Shown piece after piece: positions 28,359-37,657 of a stretch of DNA of 42,861 nt. The position numbers were made by a program, and so were the translations under genes. The notes below the pieces were generated by a model, which saw nothing but the letters and a program-made list of their open reading frames with translations, had not been told where the DNA came from and ran no database searches. Origin of the DNA: a virus (Duplodnaviria; Caudoviricetes); IMG/VR virus record IMGVR_UViG_3300035135_001806, positions 1-42,861 of that record; one strand, written 5' to 3'. The first letter of the stretch is position 1. Every line of letters starts with the position of its first letter.

Positions 28359-29269
28359 AAGAACTATGGGTAGAAAAGTATCGTCCTAAAACGATAGATG
28401 GATATGTATTTAGAGATGAAGCACAACGCAAGCAGGTAAAGACATGGATAAAAGACAAAACTATTCCACACTTATTATTCTCTGGAAATGCTGGCATTGG
28501 CAAGACGACTTTAGCAAAACTGTTATTCAACGAGCTAGAAATAATAGATTTAGATATTTTAGAAATCAACGCAAGTAGAACAAACTCAGTTGATGACGTA
28601 AGAGACAAAATTGTAAATTTTGTACAGATGATTCCTTTTGGAGAATTTAAGGTTGTACTATTAGATGAAGCAGATTACTTATCACCAAATGCACAGGCCG
28701 CACTACGTGGTGTTATGGAAGAATATCATACAACGGCCCGTTTTATTCTTACTTGTAATTATCCTAACAGGATTATTCCAGCTTTGCACAGTAGGTGCCA
28801 AGGCTTCCATATTGCCAAGATCGATCAAACAGAGTTTACTGCTCGTGTCGCTGAGATTCTTATCAATGAAGGTGTCACTCCAGATCTTGACATATTAGAT
28901 ACATATGTGAAAGCAACTTATCCAGACTTGCGTAAATGTATTAATACTGTACAAATGAATGTACAAGATAACAGTTTACTAAGACCAAACGAAGGTGACA
29001 CAGGCGAAAGCGACTGGAAACTTGATATGGTTGAGTTATTCAAAGCAGGCAAGATAAATGATGCACGTAAACTTTTGTGTGGCGCAGTTCGCCCAGAAGA
29101 AATGGAAGAAATTTATCGTTGGCTTTATGACAACATAGAATTGTTTGGTGATGAGGAAAAACAAGACACAGCAGTACTCACTATTAAACAAGGACTGGTA
29201 GATCATGCATTGGTAGCTGATCCAGAAATTAATTTAGCGGCAACGCTAATAAGACTTGCGAGATTATAA
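28355..29269 (+). CDS. Clamp loader AAA+ ATPase subunit (RFC small / T4 gp44-like)
   Basis: LWVEKYRP, GNAGIGKT, LDEADYL, SRC motifs. Confidence 0.92.
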   Translation: MKELWVEKYRPKTIDGYVFRDEAQRKQVKTWIKDKTIPHLLFSGNAGIGKTTLAKLLFNELEIIDLDILEINASRTNSVDDVRDKIVNFVQMIPFGEFKVVLLDEADYLSPNAQAALRGVMEEYHTTARFILTCNYPNRIIPALHSRCQGFHIAKIDQTEFTARVAEILINEGVTPDLDILDTYVKATYPDLRKCINTVQMNVQDNSLLRPNEGDTGESDWKLDMVELFKAGKINDARKLLCGAVRPEEMEEIYRWLYDNIELFGDEEKQDTAVLTIKQGLVDHALVADPEINLAATLIRLARL

Positions 29270-30174
29270 TGACAAACCCTGTTTATTTATTTTTACATAT
29301 TCCCCGTACAGGAGGAACATTTATTGAACACGCTGTAGGACATTGGTCAGATCGTGAAAAAGATAGATATTTACAGCAGTATAATTATGTGCAAAATTGG
29401 TCTGAAAAGGCTTATGAAAATCATAAAATTCCTAATTTGATTTACAGAACAACAGAACAACAACGCCAAATTAAAATTATGACTGGTCATAGTATATTTT
29501 GTAATAGCCATAGATGGTTAAGGATTCAAAGAGAACCAAGAATATTTTCTACTATAAGACATCCTGTAGAAAGATGTTTGAGTTCTTTCAATTACAGGCA
29601 TTCATTAGCAACCTTAACACAAGATCCATCATCATTTGCACTAAGCACTCCGTTTATGAACGAAAATGCTTGTCACCAAAGGAAAGTAGCAAGCGACTAT
29701 GATACATTATGGGAATATTACCAAGATTCTACTTTTGAAAGTAATATTCAATGTAAATGGTTAATCAAAAGTTTTTTACACAGAGAAAATGATACTTGGC
29801 AAAGACATCCTGTTTATGTGTTCGGTCCAGATGCAGGTATTCCTGCAGAACAAGCAGTGCCACTGACCTGGCCACAATGGATGTTTTATCCACCTATCGA
29901 AGAAAAAGAAATTGATTGGTACAAACTAGCTGAAAATTTCTTCCCAGAAATTTGGTGGCTGACAAGGACCGAGATGTTGAATACTAGTATTAAGGACTTT
30001 TGTAACTATGCAGGTTTAGAGTTTATGAATACAGGAATAAAAAATGAAAGTATCAAGCAATACTGGACCTTAGATGATGTAAAAAAACAACCTGATATTC
30101 AAAAATTAATCGATGCAGAAATGTATGACTACCAATTATACGAAACTGCAAAACAATGGAAGAGGCCATTTTAA
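29269..30174 (+). CDS. Sulfotransferase family protein
   Basis: [10 protein letters not shown] (5'-PSB loop) and [14 protein letters not shown] (3'-PB). Confidence 0.78.
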   Translation: MTNPVYLFLHIPRTGGTFIEHAVGHWSDREKDRYLQQYNYVQNWSEKAYENHKIPNLIYRTTEQQRQIKIMTGHSIFCNSHRWLRIQREPRIFSTIRHPVERCLSSFNYRHSLATLTQDPSSFALSTPFMNENACHQRKVASDYDTLWEYYQDSTFESNIQCKWLIKSFLHRENDTWQRHPVYVFGPDAGIPAEQAVPLTWPQWMFYPPIEEKEIDWYKLAENFFPEIWWLTRTEMLNTSIKDFCNYAGLEFMNTGIKNESIKQYWTLDDVKKQPDIQKLIDAEMYDYQLYETAKQWKRPF

Positions 30175-30175
30175 T

Positions 30176-30529
30176 ATGACATATCTAGTAAACGAAAACT
30201 GTATCAAATGCAAACACATGGATTGCGTAGAAGTTTGTCCTGTAGATTGCTTTTACGAAGGCGAAAACATGCTAGTAATACATCCAGATGAATGTATTGA
30301 CTGCGGTGTTTGTGAGCCTGAATGCCCTGCAGATGCTATCTTACCTGGCAATCAGTTCAGTCCAGAAGAAGAAGTAAAGTGGGAAGAAATCAATAGAAAG
30401 TACGCAGACCTTTGGCCAAATATTACACAAGTACGCAAAGAAGACGTCCCTTCAGATGCAGAAGAATGGAATGGAGTACCAAATAAATACCCAGAACACT
30501 TTAGTGAAAAGCCAGGCAGAGGTGACTAA
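30176..30529 (+). CDS. fdxA: 7Fe ferredoxin (FdxA type)
   Basis: [18 protein letters not shown] and [12 protein letters not shown]. Confidence 0.92.
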   Translation: MTYLVNENCIKCKHMDCVEVCPVDCFYEGENMLVIHPDECIDCGVCEPECPADAILPGNQFSPEEEVKWEEINRKYADLWPNITQVRKEDVPSDAEEWNGVPNKYPEHFSEKPGRGD

Positions 30530-31197
30530 TGCCCTTTGAAGACAATGTACTTGAATTACCTTTCTTTACAGAAGAAGAATGTGATAGCATAAAACAGTAT
30601 GCTTATAATATAGAAAAAGAACTTATAGATAATGGCTATGAGGATTTTGAAGGTAAGGAACGCACTCTGGGAAATGTTGTGACAACAAATAATTACTTCA
30701 GGTACAATTTCTTTGCGGCACATCCACATTATGCAGATAGATTTGCAGACTTTTTAAGTCAAACCAATCACGATTTAGAATGGCCTGTGGTTGTGCAGAG
30801 TTGGGTAAATGTCTATAGAAAAGGACAAGGTATTGATTGGCACAATCATCACGGATGGATGGGCAAAAGTTTTAGTGCAAATATATTCATAGACGGTCCA
30901 ACAAAACCTGGTATTACATATAAACCGTTTAACGAGAAAGCAGTTGTTAAAGAAAACAAAAAAGGTTGGATTCATGTTTTTCCGTGCGAGCTTTTTCATA
31001 TGGTTCCGGCGGTACAAGAAGATCAAGATAGGATCACTGTAGGAATTACCGTTCATAGTTATCAATATGTAACACAACAAGTTTTAGATCAAATAGCATT
31101 CAATAGTAGGCTATTTCAAGATAAGATTATTTTAACAAAGGAGCATCATGTTAGAGAAAACTTTCAATCTCAATCACATGAAAAAAGTTCGATGTAG
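30529..31197 (+). CDS. 2OG-Fe(II) oxygenase-like protein
   Basis: SWVN...WHNH...FPCELFHMV...RITV. Confidence 0.7.
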   Translation: MPFEDNVLELPFFTEEECDSIKQYAYNIEKELIDNGYEDFEGKERTLGNVVTTNNYFRYNFFAAHPHYADRFADFLSQTNHDLEWPVVVQSWVNVYRKGQGIDWHNHHGWMGKSFSANIFIDGPTKPGITYKPFNEKAVVKENKKGWIHVFPCELFHMVPAVQEDQDRITVGITVHSYQYVTQQVLDQIAFNSRLFQDKIILTKEHHVRENFQSQSHEKSSM

Positions 31198-31507
31198 TCA
31201 TATTTTGCTTAGTTATGATGAAGCAATTAATAGTACGCATAGCAGAGGATTATTTTTTGCAGTTTTTGAAGCAAAAGAAATTATAAAAGAATTGAAAGAC
31301 GGTAAGATTAGTTGGGAGAAAGCAGTCAAGGAACACAGTGCCTGCGAGCATAGCTGGTATAGAGATGGTGACTTAGGATGGTTTGATCTCAATGATGGTG
31401 TAACTCCAGAATTATATAATGCATGCCTTATACACCAAGTAGGCGATTTGCTAGACGAGCCAATACAAAGCCCATACGGACTACACATTATTCATAGGAC
31501 AGGTTAA
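31148..31507 (+). CDS. Parvulin-type peptidyl-prolyl isomerase
   Basis: VRCSHILL, GDLGWF, SPYGLHII. Confidence 0.88.
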   Translation: MLEKTFNLNHMKKVRCSHILLSYDEAINSTHSRGLFFAVFEAKEIIKELKDGKISWEKAVKEHSACEHSWYRDGDLGWFDLNDGVTPELYNACLIHQVGDLLDEPIQSPYGLHIIHRTG

Positions 31508-32034
31508 TGATAGATATAATAGATGATTGTATACCAAAAGAATTACAAGATTATTACGAAGCAATTACTTTAGGTATGACTAGTAATGTTGAAATAGAAC
31601 CAAGTGTTGAATTTAAATGCAAATATGAGCCCACAGCATTTACAGAAACAACAAAGCCCATTAGTTTCAAACATGTTTTAAAAAGCAGTGCAGAGTATAG
31701 TAATCACCTTGTAAATTTTAGCAAAATTGCAACAACAGTAATGCCAAGTCTACAAAATGTATTATTTGCAAGAATATTTTTAACTGTTCCATATAAAACA
31801 GAAATGACACACCATGCTCCGCATGTTGATTTAGATTTTCCGCATAAAAGTTTAATTTATTATGTAAATGATTCAGAAGGTGATACAGTTTTCTTTGAAA
31901 AAGATTATGAAACCGTAATAGACTCTGTAAAACCTAAAAAGGGACGAGCTGTGTTATTTAATGGGTTGATACCGCATGCCGCTGGTATACCAACACATTC
32001 ACCAAGATGCATTGTAAACTATAATTTGATATGA
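31507..32034 (+). CDS. 2OG-Fe(II) oxygenase-like protein
   Basis: PHVD, YYVNDSEGDTVF, FNGLIPHA, RCIVNYN. Confidence 0.8.
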   Translation: MIDIIDDCIPKELQDYYEAITLGMTSNVEIEPSVEFKCKYEPTAFTETTKPISFKHVLKSSAEYSNHLVNFSKIATTVMPSLQNVLFARIFLTVPYKTEMTHHAPHVDLDFPHKSLIYYVNDSEGDTVFFEKDYETVIDSVKPKKGRAVLFNGLIPHAAGIPTHSPRCIVNYNLI

Positions 32035-32207
32035 AAAATAAAAAACTCATTAATGACATTGTAAGAATAGATGTCTTAAAAGAAGAAATTGAATATTATA
32101 AAACATTGTTACAACCACATGACACTGGGCATATTCATACAACAATTGGATTTTTACAAAGAAGAATAGAGGAACTTAAAGGAGAAACAACATGGCCGTT
32201 AGATTAG
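32031..32207 (+). CDS. Small hypothetical protein (58 aa)
   Basis: ATGA-coupled ORF containing PHDTGHIHTTI; not in the ORF track. Confidence 0.55.
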   Translation: MKNKKLINDIVRIDVLKEEIEYYKTLLQPHDTGHIHTTIGFLQRRIEELKGETTWPLD

Positions 32208-32869
32208 TAAGTTATACTACACCAACAGATGAATTTATAAACGAAGGAATGGGAGATAAAAATCTCCTTGACCTTGTTGCATTTTGTGCAAGGGTAAGCA
32301 ATCCTAGTAATCAAATGAATTCAGAAACGAGCGAAAAACTTGTAAAGTATTTGATTAAACATGCACACTGGAGCCCACTAGAAATGGTCAACGCTTGTAT
32401 GGAAATAGTTACCACACGAGATATTGCACATCAAATTGTACGACATAGAAGTTTTGCTTTTCAAGAATTTTCACAAAGGTATGCAAAGCCAGAGGATCAA
32501 GGCAATATGTTTATATACAGCGAAGCAAGGCTTCAAGATGAAAAGAATAGGCAAAATTCTATCGAAGTAGAAGATAAAAAATTACAAATAGATTGGCTAC
32601 ATGCACAGATGCGTATTGCACATCTTGCAAAAAAGGAATATGATCGTGCAATCAAAATGGGTATTGCCAAAGAACAAGCACGTAAATTATTACCAGAAGG
32701 TATTACTAAAACTACATTGTATATGAATGGTAGTTTGCGTAGCTGGATTCATTACATTGAACTACGTGGTGCTAATGGCACACAAAAAGAGCATATGGAA
32801 ATTGCACATGAATGTGCAAAAGTTATTGCTAAGATTTTTCCGTTAGCAGAAGATTTGAAAGGGGCATAA
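32192..32869 (+). CDS. thyX: FAD-dependent thymidylate synthase
   Basis: HWSPLE, RHRSFAFQEFSQRY, EQAR, QKEH motifs. Confidence 0.95.
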   Translation: MAVRLVSYTTPTDEFINEGMGDKNLLDLVAFCARVSNPSNQMNSETSEKLVKYLIKHAHWSPLEMVNACMEIVTTRDIAHQIVRHRSFAFQEFSQRYAKPEDQGNMFIYSEARLQDEKNRQNSIEVEDKKLQIDWLHAQMRIAHLAKKEYDRAIKMGIAKEQARKLLPEGITKTTLYMNGSLRSWIHYIELRGANGTQKEHMEIAHECAKVIAKIFPLAEDLKGA

Positions 32870-32880
32870 AGCCCCTTTCA
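32856..32880. terminator. Probable bidirectional terminator between convergent thyX and phoH
   Basis: Perfect 10-bp inverted repeat TGAAAGGGGC-ATAAA-GCCCCTTTCA. Confidence 0.75.
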
Positions 32881-33597
32881 TTATTCGTCACCATAGACTT
32901 GGAGGACTTCTTTTACTGCCTCGTGCCTTTCGATGTCTCCTTGGGTAAAGTGGACTACGTCCAAATGAGTTGTATTTTTTGTTTTTAACAGTTTTGTAAA
33001 GTTAATTAAACCGTTATCTTTAAGCCTGTCTGCTTGTGCTAAATCGCCTGTAACAGCCATCATTGATCCTTCGCCTAAACGTGTTAATAACATTTTCATT
33101 TGATTTTGTGTTGCGTTTTGCATTTCATCTGCAAGAATAAAGCTATGCTTAAAAGTTCTGCCTCGCATATAAGCTAGTGGTGCTATCTCAATAATGCCTT
33201 CTTCAATCATTCCTTCGATCTCTCTAGCATTAAAGTATTCGCGTAGAACATCAAATATAGGTCTAGTCCACGGTGCCATTTTTTGTTCTAATGTACCTGG
33301 TAAAAATCCTAAATCTTCGTCCACACTAACTGCGGGCCTTGTTACAATAATCTTATCAATTTTGCCTTCCTTAAACAACTTTACTGCTACTTGAACCGCT
33401 AACAGAGTTTTTCCCGTACCTGCAGGGCCGATTCCAAAAACTATATCTTTGGATTCGTCTAGTAGAGTTAGTATATATTGTTCTTGATTTTTGTTCCTTG
33501 GAATTATATTGACTGATTGTTTTTTTTGAAAAGTGTTTATATTTACAACATTGTTGTAATTAGAATGCGACCGAGCCGCTCTCTTTTTTGCACCCAT
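32881..33597 (-). CDS. phoH: PhoH family ATPase
   Basis: GPAGTGKT, TRPAV, LGFLPG, YMRGRTF, DEMQN, TGDLAQAD. Confidence 0.95.
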   Translation of the reverse strand: MGAKKRAARSHSNYNNVVNINTFQKKQSVNIIPRNKNQEQYILTLLDESKDIVFGIGPAGTGKTLLAVQVAVKLFKEGKIDKIIVTRPAVSVDEDLGFLPGTLEQKMAPWTRPIFDVLREYFNAREIEGMIEEGIIEIAPLAYMRGRTFKHSFILADEMQNATQNQMKMLLTRLGEGSMMAVTGDLAQADRLKDNGLINFTKLLKTKNTTHLDVVHFTQGDIERHEAVKEVLQVYGDE

Positions 33598-33751
33598 TAA
33601 GTGTCCTCCTTACATGGATTATGTAAGTAGAGCTTGTGCCCTGTTGGGCTTGTGCCCTACAAATGTATTTAGCATAGAATTATAAAGAATATTAGAAATG
33701 TTTATTAACGTGCAAATCCGGATAAATAACTTAGTATTATAGGAAATCAAC

Positions 33752-34285
33752 ATGCAAGACATATATGACGTTGTAAAAAACATCGAAGGAATATACGATA
33801 GTAATACAGCATTCCAAGTGCTTAAAGATTTTGAAAGAGTTCTAGATGAACTAGATATCTATGTCTTTCAAAATTGGGAAGATGGTGAGCTTGCAAAAGG
33901 ACCTACAATTGATAGGCATTGGGTATCTTGTTCATTTATGTGGCCAAGGAAAAAAATGCCTGATCCAATGGGTGGCAAACGATTACTAGATTATGATTGT
34001 AAAGTTTACTTTAGCAAAGATTATGTTATCAAGCCTAGAAAAATTCGTGAACCAGATGATATACGTCCTGGTACTAAAAAAGGTAAACTAGATAAACATG
34101 CAATTTGGTTAGTTAAAATTGAAATGCCAAAAAAACTTATCGCTGATATATACAGCGGAACTAGACAACAAATAGAAGAGCCTACACCTAATGTAGCACC
34201 AGAAGGACAGCCAGCAGAAGGAGCGGCAGATGCAATGGCAGTAGATGCAGGTGATCCGGCAGCACCAACACCAGGAGCAGTATAA
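33752..34285 (+). CDS. Hypothetical phage protein
   Basis: ORF behind GATAAATA and AGGA; no family recognised. Confidence 0.7.
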   Translation: MQDIYDVVKNIEGIYDSNTAFQVLKDFERVLDELDIYVFQNWEDGELAKGPTIDRHWVSCSFMWPRKKMPDPMGGKRLLDYDCKVYFSKDYVIKPRKIREPDDIRPGTKKGKLDKHAIWLVKIEMPKKLIADIYSGTRQQIEEPTPNVAPEGQPAEGAADAMAVDAGDPAAPTPGAV

Positions 34286-35001
34286 TGGGACTTCGTAATT
34301 CAGACCTAGCAAATCTTGTAGATAATGTTTTTGAAATTGATTCGTATGCAAGTAAAATGGGCGAAGATAAAAATATCGTTACATTAAGTTTTAGTGTGTC
34401 TCACAAAGAACCTGCAGATGATTTAGTAAAGTTTTTAGAAGGTGGCTATAGTTTTATACTAGATGCTGATGTTACAGCTGGTGAACAATCAGATGGCACT
34501 TACAAAGTATTCGTAGAACTAGAGCGTAACAGAAATAGCAATGAAAACATCATGGAAATAATGGATGGCGTAGGAAAACTTACTGACATAAGTGATTGGC
34601 GTTTTAGATATTACAAAAGTTTTGATGGACATGATTTATCTTTAGATAGTTTAACAGAACATGTACCAACAGATCCTGATAACTATGGTATAAAAGTTGA
34701 AGAAACTAGAATGAATAATTATAAAAATTTCTTTAATAAAAGCTATGTGGATCAAGTTGTTATGGAAGGCGATTCCATAACTATAAAAAAACCTTTTGCT
34801 GACCCATTACATTTTAAATATATAGATTTTGGTAAAACACAGAATGTATTTGATAGATTAACGGAAGCATTTAACACAAACGATTTTGCTGAAATAATTT
34901 TTCTAAGCAAGTACATAGGTGATTATAATATAACAAAATACGGTAGCAAATTAACGCTTGATAATTCAGGACATACACTAGTCCTAGAACGTATAACATA
35001 A
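34285..35001 (+). CDS. Hypothetical phage protein
   Basis: TAATG-coupled 238-aa ORF. Confidence 0.7.
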   Translation: MGLRNSDLANLVDNVFEIDSYASKMGEDKNIVTLSFSVSHKEPADDLVKFLEGGYSFILDADVTAGEQSDGTYKVFVELERNRNSNENIMEIMDGVGKLTDISDWRFRYYKSFDGHDLSLDSLTEHVPTDPDNYGIKVEETRMNNYKNFFNKSYVDQVVMEGDSITIKKPFADPLHFKYIDFGKTQNVFDRLTEAFNTNDFAEIIFLSKYIGDYNITKYGSKLTLDNSGHTLVLERIT

Positions 35002-35009
35002 ATACCCAT

Positions 35010-35162
35010 ATGCACAGTTGCAAAAATTGCGGACATGATTCACATTGTGGCACGCCGTATCATAGACAAGAGACTGATTATAATGGTGCTTCTTATCAAA
35101 TAAAAGTGTGTGATCATTGCAGATGTAAATCGTGCGAAAATAAGGATCAGGAAAATGGCTAA
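35010..35162 (+). CDS. Small Cys/His-rich protein (50 aa)
   Basis: MHSCKNCGHDSHCG...VCDHCRCKSC; ATG 5 nt behind CATAAATA; overlaps the endolysin start; not in the ORF track. Confidence 0.6.
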   Translation: MHSCKNCGHDSHCGTPYHRQETDYNGASYQIKVCDHCRCKSCENKDQENG

Positions 35163-36003
35163 AGAACATTTTAAATTTGAATTTGAAGAATGGATGGCTG
35201 AAGAGCTTATCCATAGAGACGATTGGAAAGAATGGTATGAGGCAATGTGTGAGATATTACCTCTATGGGAAGTTGATACAATCGAAAGGGTTGCAATGTT
35301 TCTTGCTCAGTGTGGGCACGAATCGGGCGGCTTTAGGGTACTAAGTGAAAACTTAAACTACAGCGCCGCGGCTCTAAATAAAATCTTCCCTAAATATTTT
35401 ATAAGGGCAGGTAGAAATGCACAAGATTATCATAGACAACCTGAAAGAATTGCGAACGTTATATATGCTAACCGCATGGACAACGGCGATACTGATAGTG
35501 GTGACGGTTGGCGTTTCAGGGGTGGTGGAATACTACAACTTACAGGACGTTATAACTATACTCAATTCGGTAAAGCAGTAGACATGACTCCAGAAGAAGC
35601 AGTTGACTATGTACGCACAAAGAAAGGCGCACTAGACTCAGCATGTTGGTTCTGGGACGAAAATAATATTAACAAATGGTGTGATGCAATGGACGTTGTT
35701 GGTGCAACAAAACGTATCAACGGCGGAACAATTGGTTTAGACGATCGTAAAAAACATTACTTACATGCAATTGATGTACTTGGTGGAGATTATGAAGAAC
35801 CAACTATTGATTATAATCAAACAGTAAAGCAAGGATCAAGAGGTCCGCTGGTAGCAGAAGTTCAAGAGAAACTAAATATTGCTCCAGCAGACGGTATCTT
35901 CGGTCCAGGTACTGCACGTAAAGTAAAAGAATGGCAAGCAAGTCAAGGACTTGTTGCAGACGGAATTGTAGGACCTAAAACACTGGGAAAGTTACTAGGG
36001 TAG
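35155..36003 (+). CDS. GH19-family endolysin with C-terminal peptidoglycan-binding domain
   Basis: FLAQCGHESGGF, ENLNYS, FRGGGILQLTGRYNY, TKRINGG; DGIFGPGT and DGIVGPKT PG-binding repeats. Confidence 0.9.
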   Translation: MAKEHFKFEFEEWMAEELIHRDDWKEWYEAMCEILPLWEVDTIERVAMFLAQCGHESGGFRVLSENLNYSAAALNKIFPKYFIRAGRNAQDYHRQPERIANVIYANRMDNGDTDSGDGWRFRGGGILQLTGRYNYTQFGKAVDMTPEEAVDYVRTKKGALDSACWFWDENNINKWCDAMDVVGATKRINGGTIGLDDRKKHYLHAIDVLGGDYEEPTIDYNQTVKQGSRGPLVAEVQEKLNIAPADGIFGPGTARKVKEWQASQGLVADGIVGPKTLGKLLG

Positions 36004-36008
36004 GCGGT

Positions 36009-36506
36009 ATGGGTGCTAAGTTAGCAATTGTGTTTTTCTTCTTAACAGCAGGAATGGCAGCCGCAGGTTATTGGTACTACAATGACACGCAAGAGCGTAT
36101 TGCTATCTTAAACGAAAATAACGCAAAACTAGAAACAGCAGTGCAAACAAATGAACAAGCGTTAGCGGCTCAAACTGCCGCTTTCCAAACTATGCAAAAA
36201 GAAAATGCAAAACTACAAGAAGAATGGAAATCAATAAACGATAGAAATCGTGCATTAGAAGATAGACTAAGCAGACATGATATAGGTGCTAGTGGTGTTG
36301 CAAAGCCAGCACTAACTGAAAAAGTTTTAAATAATGCAACAAAAAATGCACAGCGTTGCTTAGAAATATTTAGTGGAAGTCCACTTACAGAAAAGGAACT
36401 TAGTGCTACTAAACCAAGCGAAATCAATCCAGAATGTTGGCGAACAGCAAATCCTAACTTTGATCCTAATATTCAATCCGATGCATGGAAAAGGAAAAAT
36501 TTATGA
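36009..36506 (+). CDS. Putative inner-membrane spanin (Rz-like)
   Basis: N-terminal TM helix followed by coiled coil; directly after the endolysin. Confidence 0.65.
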   Translation: MGAKLAIVFFFLTAGMAAAGYWYYNDTQERIAILNENNAKLETAVQTNEQALAAQTAAFQTMQKENAKLQEEWKSINDRNRALEDRLSRHDIGASGVAKPALTEKVLNNATKNAQRCLEIFSGSPLTEKELSATKPSEINPECWRTANPNFDPNIQSDAWKRKNL

Positions 36507-36958
36507 AACATGTATTAGTAGCGTTTATAGCAATAGCTCTTTTAGCAGGTTGTACTGCTAAACCAAGAATGTTAGAAATAAGTGCAAAGCCAATTGAAAA
36601 ACCTAAACTTGTATTACCCCCTGCAGAAGAATTAAGATTGAAAGATTTACAATGGATAGTTATAAACGAAGAAAATGCACAAGAAGTTTGGGAAAAACTT
36701 AAAAAAGATAAAAAAGATCCTGTGCTTATAGGTTTAACAGATGATGGTTATGAAATACTTGCAATGAATATGAGTGATATTATGAAACTATTACAACAGC
36801 AGAAAGCAATCATAGCCGCTTATCAAAACTATTATGAAGAATCAGAACAAGCATTAGAAAATGCTAATAATCAAATAGAAGGTGCTCAAGCAGAAGTTGA
36901 TGCACAAAATTCTGTCCCAGAAGAATCTGTACTAGACAAGATAAATCCATTCAAATAG
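36503..36958 (+). CDS. Putative outer-membrane spanin lipoprotein (Rz1-like)
   Basis: Signal peptide with lipobox LLAG-C and Pro-rich segment; ATGA overlap with the previous gene. Confidence 0.65.
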   Translation: MKHVLVAFIAIALLAGCTAKPRMLEISAKPIEKPKLVLPPAEELRLKDLQWIVINEENAQEVWEKLKKDKKDPVLIGLTDDGYEILAMNMSDIMKLLQQQKAIIAAYQNYYEESEQALENANNQIEGAQAEVDAQNSVPEESVLDKINPFK

Positions 36959-36991
36959 ATAATAAATACACATAGTAATGAGGGATAAACT

Positions 36992-37288
36992 ATGTGGGAA
37001 ATGATTGAAAGAATGGCGTCTGATAGACTGTGGATATACACAGCTCTTGCAGGCTCTTTATTTGGTGCCGCATTTTTGTTTTGGTTTAAAGACACAAAAA
37101 TGGCAATATGGGCTGTGCGTAAGTTTGACGCAACTCTTGAATATCTAGCAATACGTTGGGGGTGGACTTGGTTTCAAAATGATCCAAATGCTTGGCGTAT
37201 TAAATATCCTAAAATCACATCAAAAATAGACGAGCTAGAAGCACGTTTAGAAAAATTGGAGGGCAAAAATGCCAAGAAAAAGTCTTGA
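36992..37288 (+). CDS. Small membrane protein
   Basis: One TM helix; GAGG SD; late motif upstream. Confidence 0.6.
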   Translation: MWEMIERMASDRLWIYTALAGSLFGAAFLFWFKDTKMAIWAVRKFDATLEYLAIRWGWTWFQNDPNAWRIKYPKITSKIDELEARLEKLEGKNAKKKS

Positions 37289-37640
37289 AGAATTAGAAAC
37301 AAAATCTGAACCAAAACATGACGTACAAGTTGCTGTACCAGCATCGAGCGAAGGCGCAACAAAAAAAGTAAAACTTGATTTAGAAGTTGATACAAGTGTA
37401 AAAGACTTAGGTCCTAATCCATATGCTAAAGTTATTCACATGGCACGGGCTGTAGATGCTTGGAGAATTTTTCCAAGATTATTTTTAACAGTGTACATTG
37501 TTTTACTTTACAAATGTGTCATTTGGTACATGGATCTTGCAGATCCAACAATGGAACAATCCGGTTTGATTAGTATTGTTGTTGGCGCTGGTGCGGCATG
37601 GTTTGGCTTATACACCGGAACTGACAAGTCTAGGAAATAA
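37269..37640 (+). CDS. Two-TM membrane protein, holin candidate
   Basis: DAWRIFPR followed by two hydrophobic helices; lysis cassette context. Confidence 0.55.
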   Translation: MPRKSLEELETKSEPKHDVQVAVPASSEGATKKVKLDLEVDTSVKDLGPNPYAKVIHMARAVDAWRIFPRLFLTVYIVLLYKCVIWYMDLADPTMEQSGLISIVVGAGAAWFGLYTGTDKSRK

Positions 37641-37657
37641 ACACAATAAGTAATAGT

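Noticed and set aside
33627-33660. Guanidine-II (mini-ykkC) riboswitch call
   Set aside because: Loops are ACAA rather than the required ACGR and the downstream gene is not a guanidine exporter; kept only as an unclassified structured leader.
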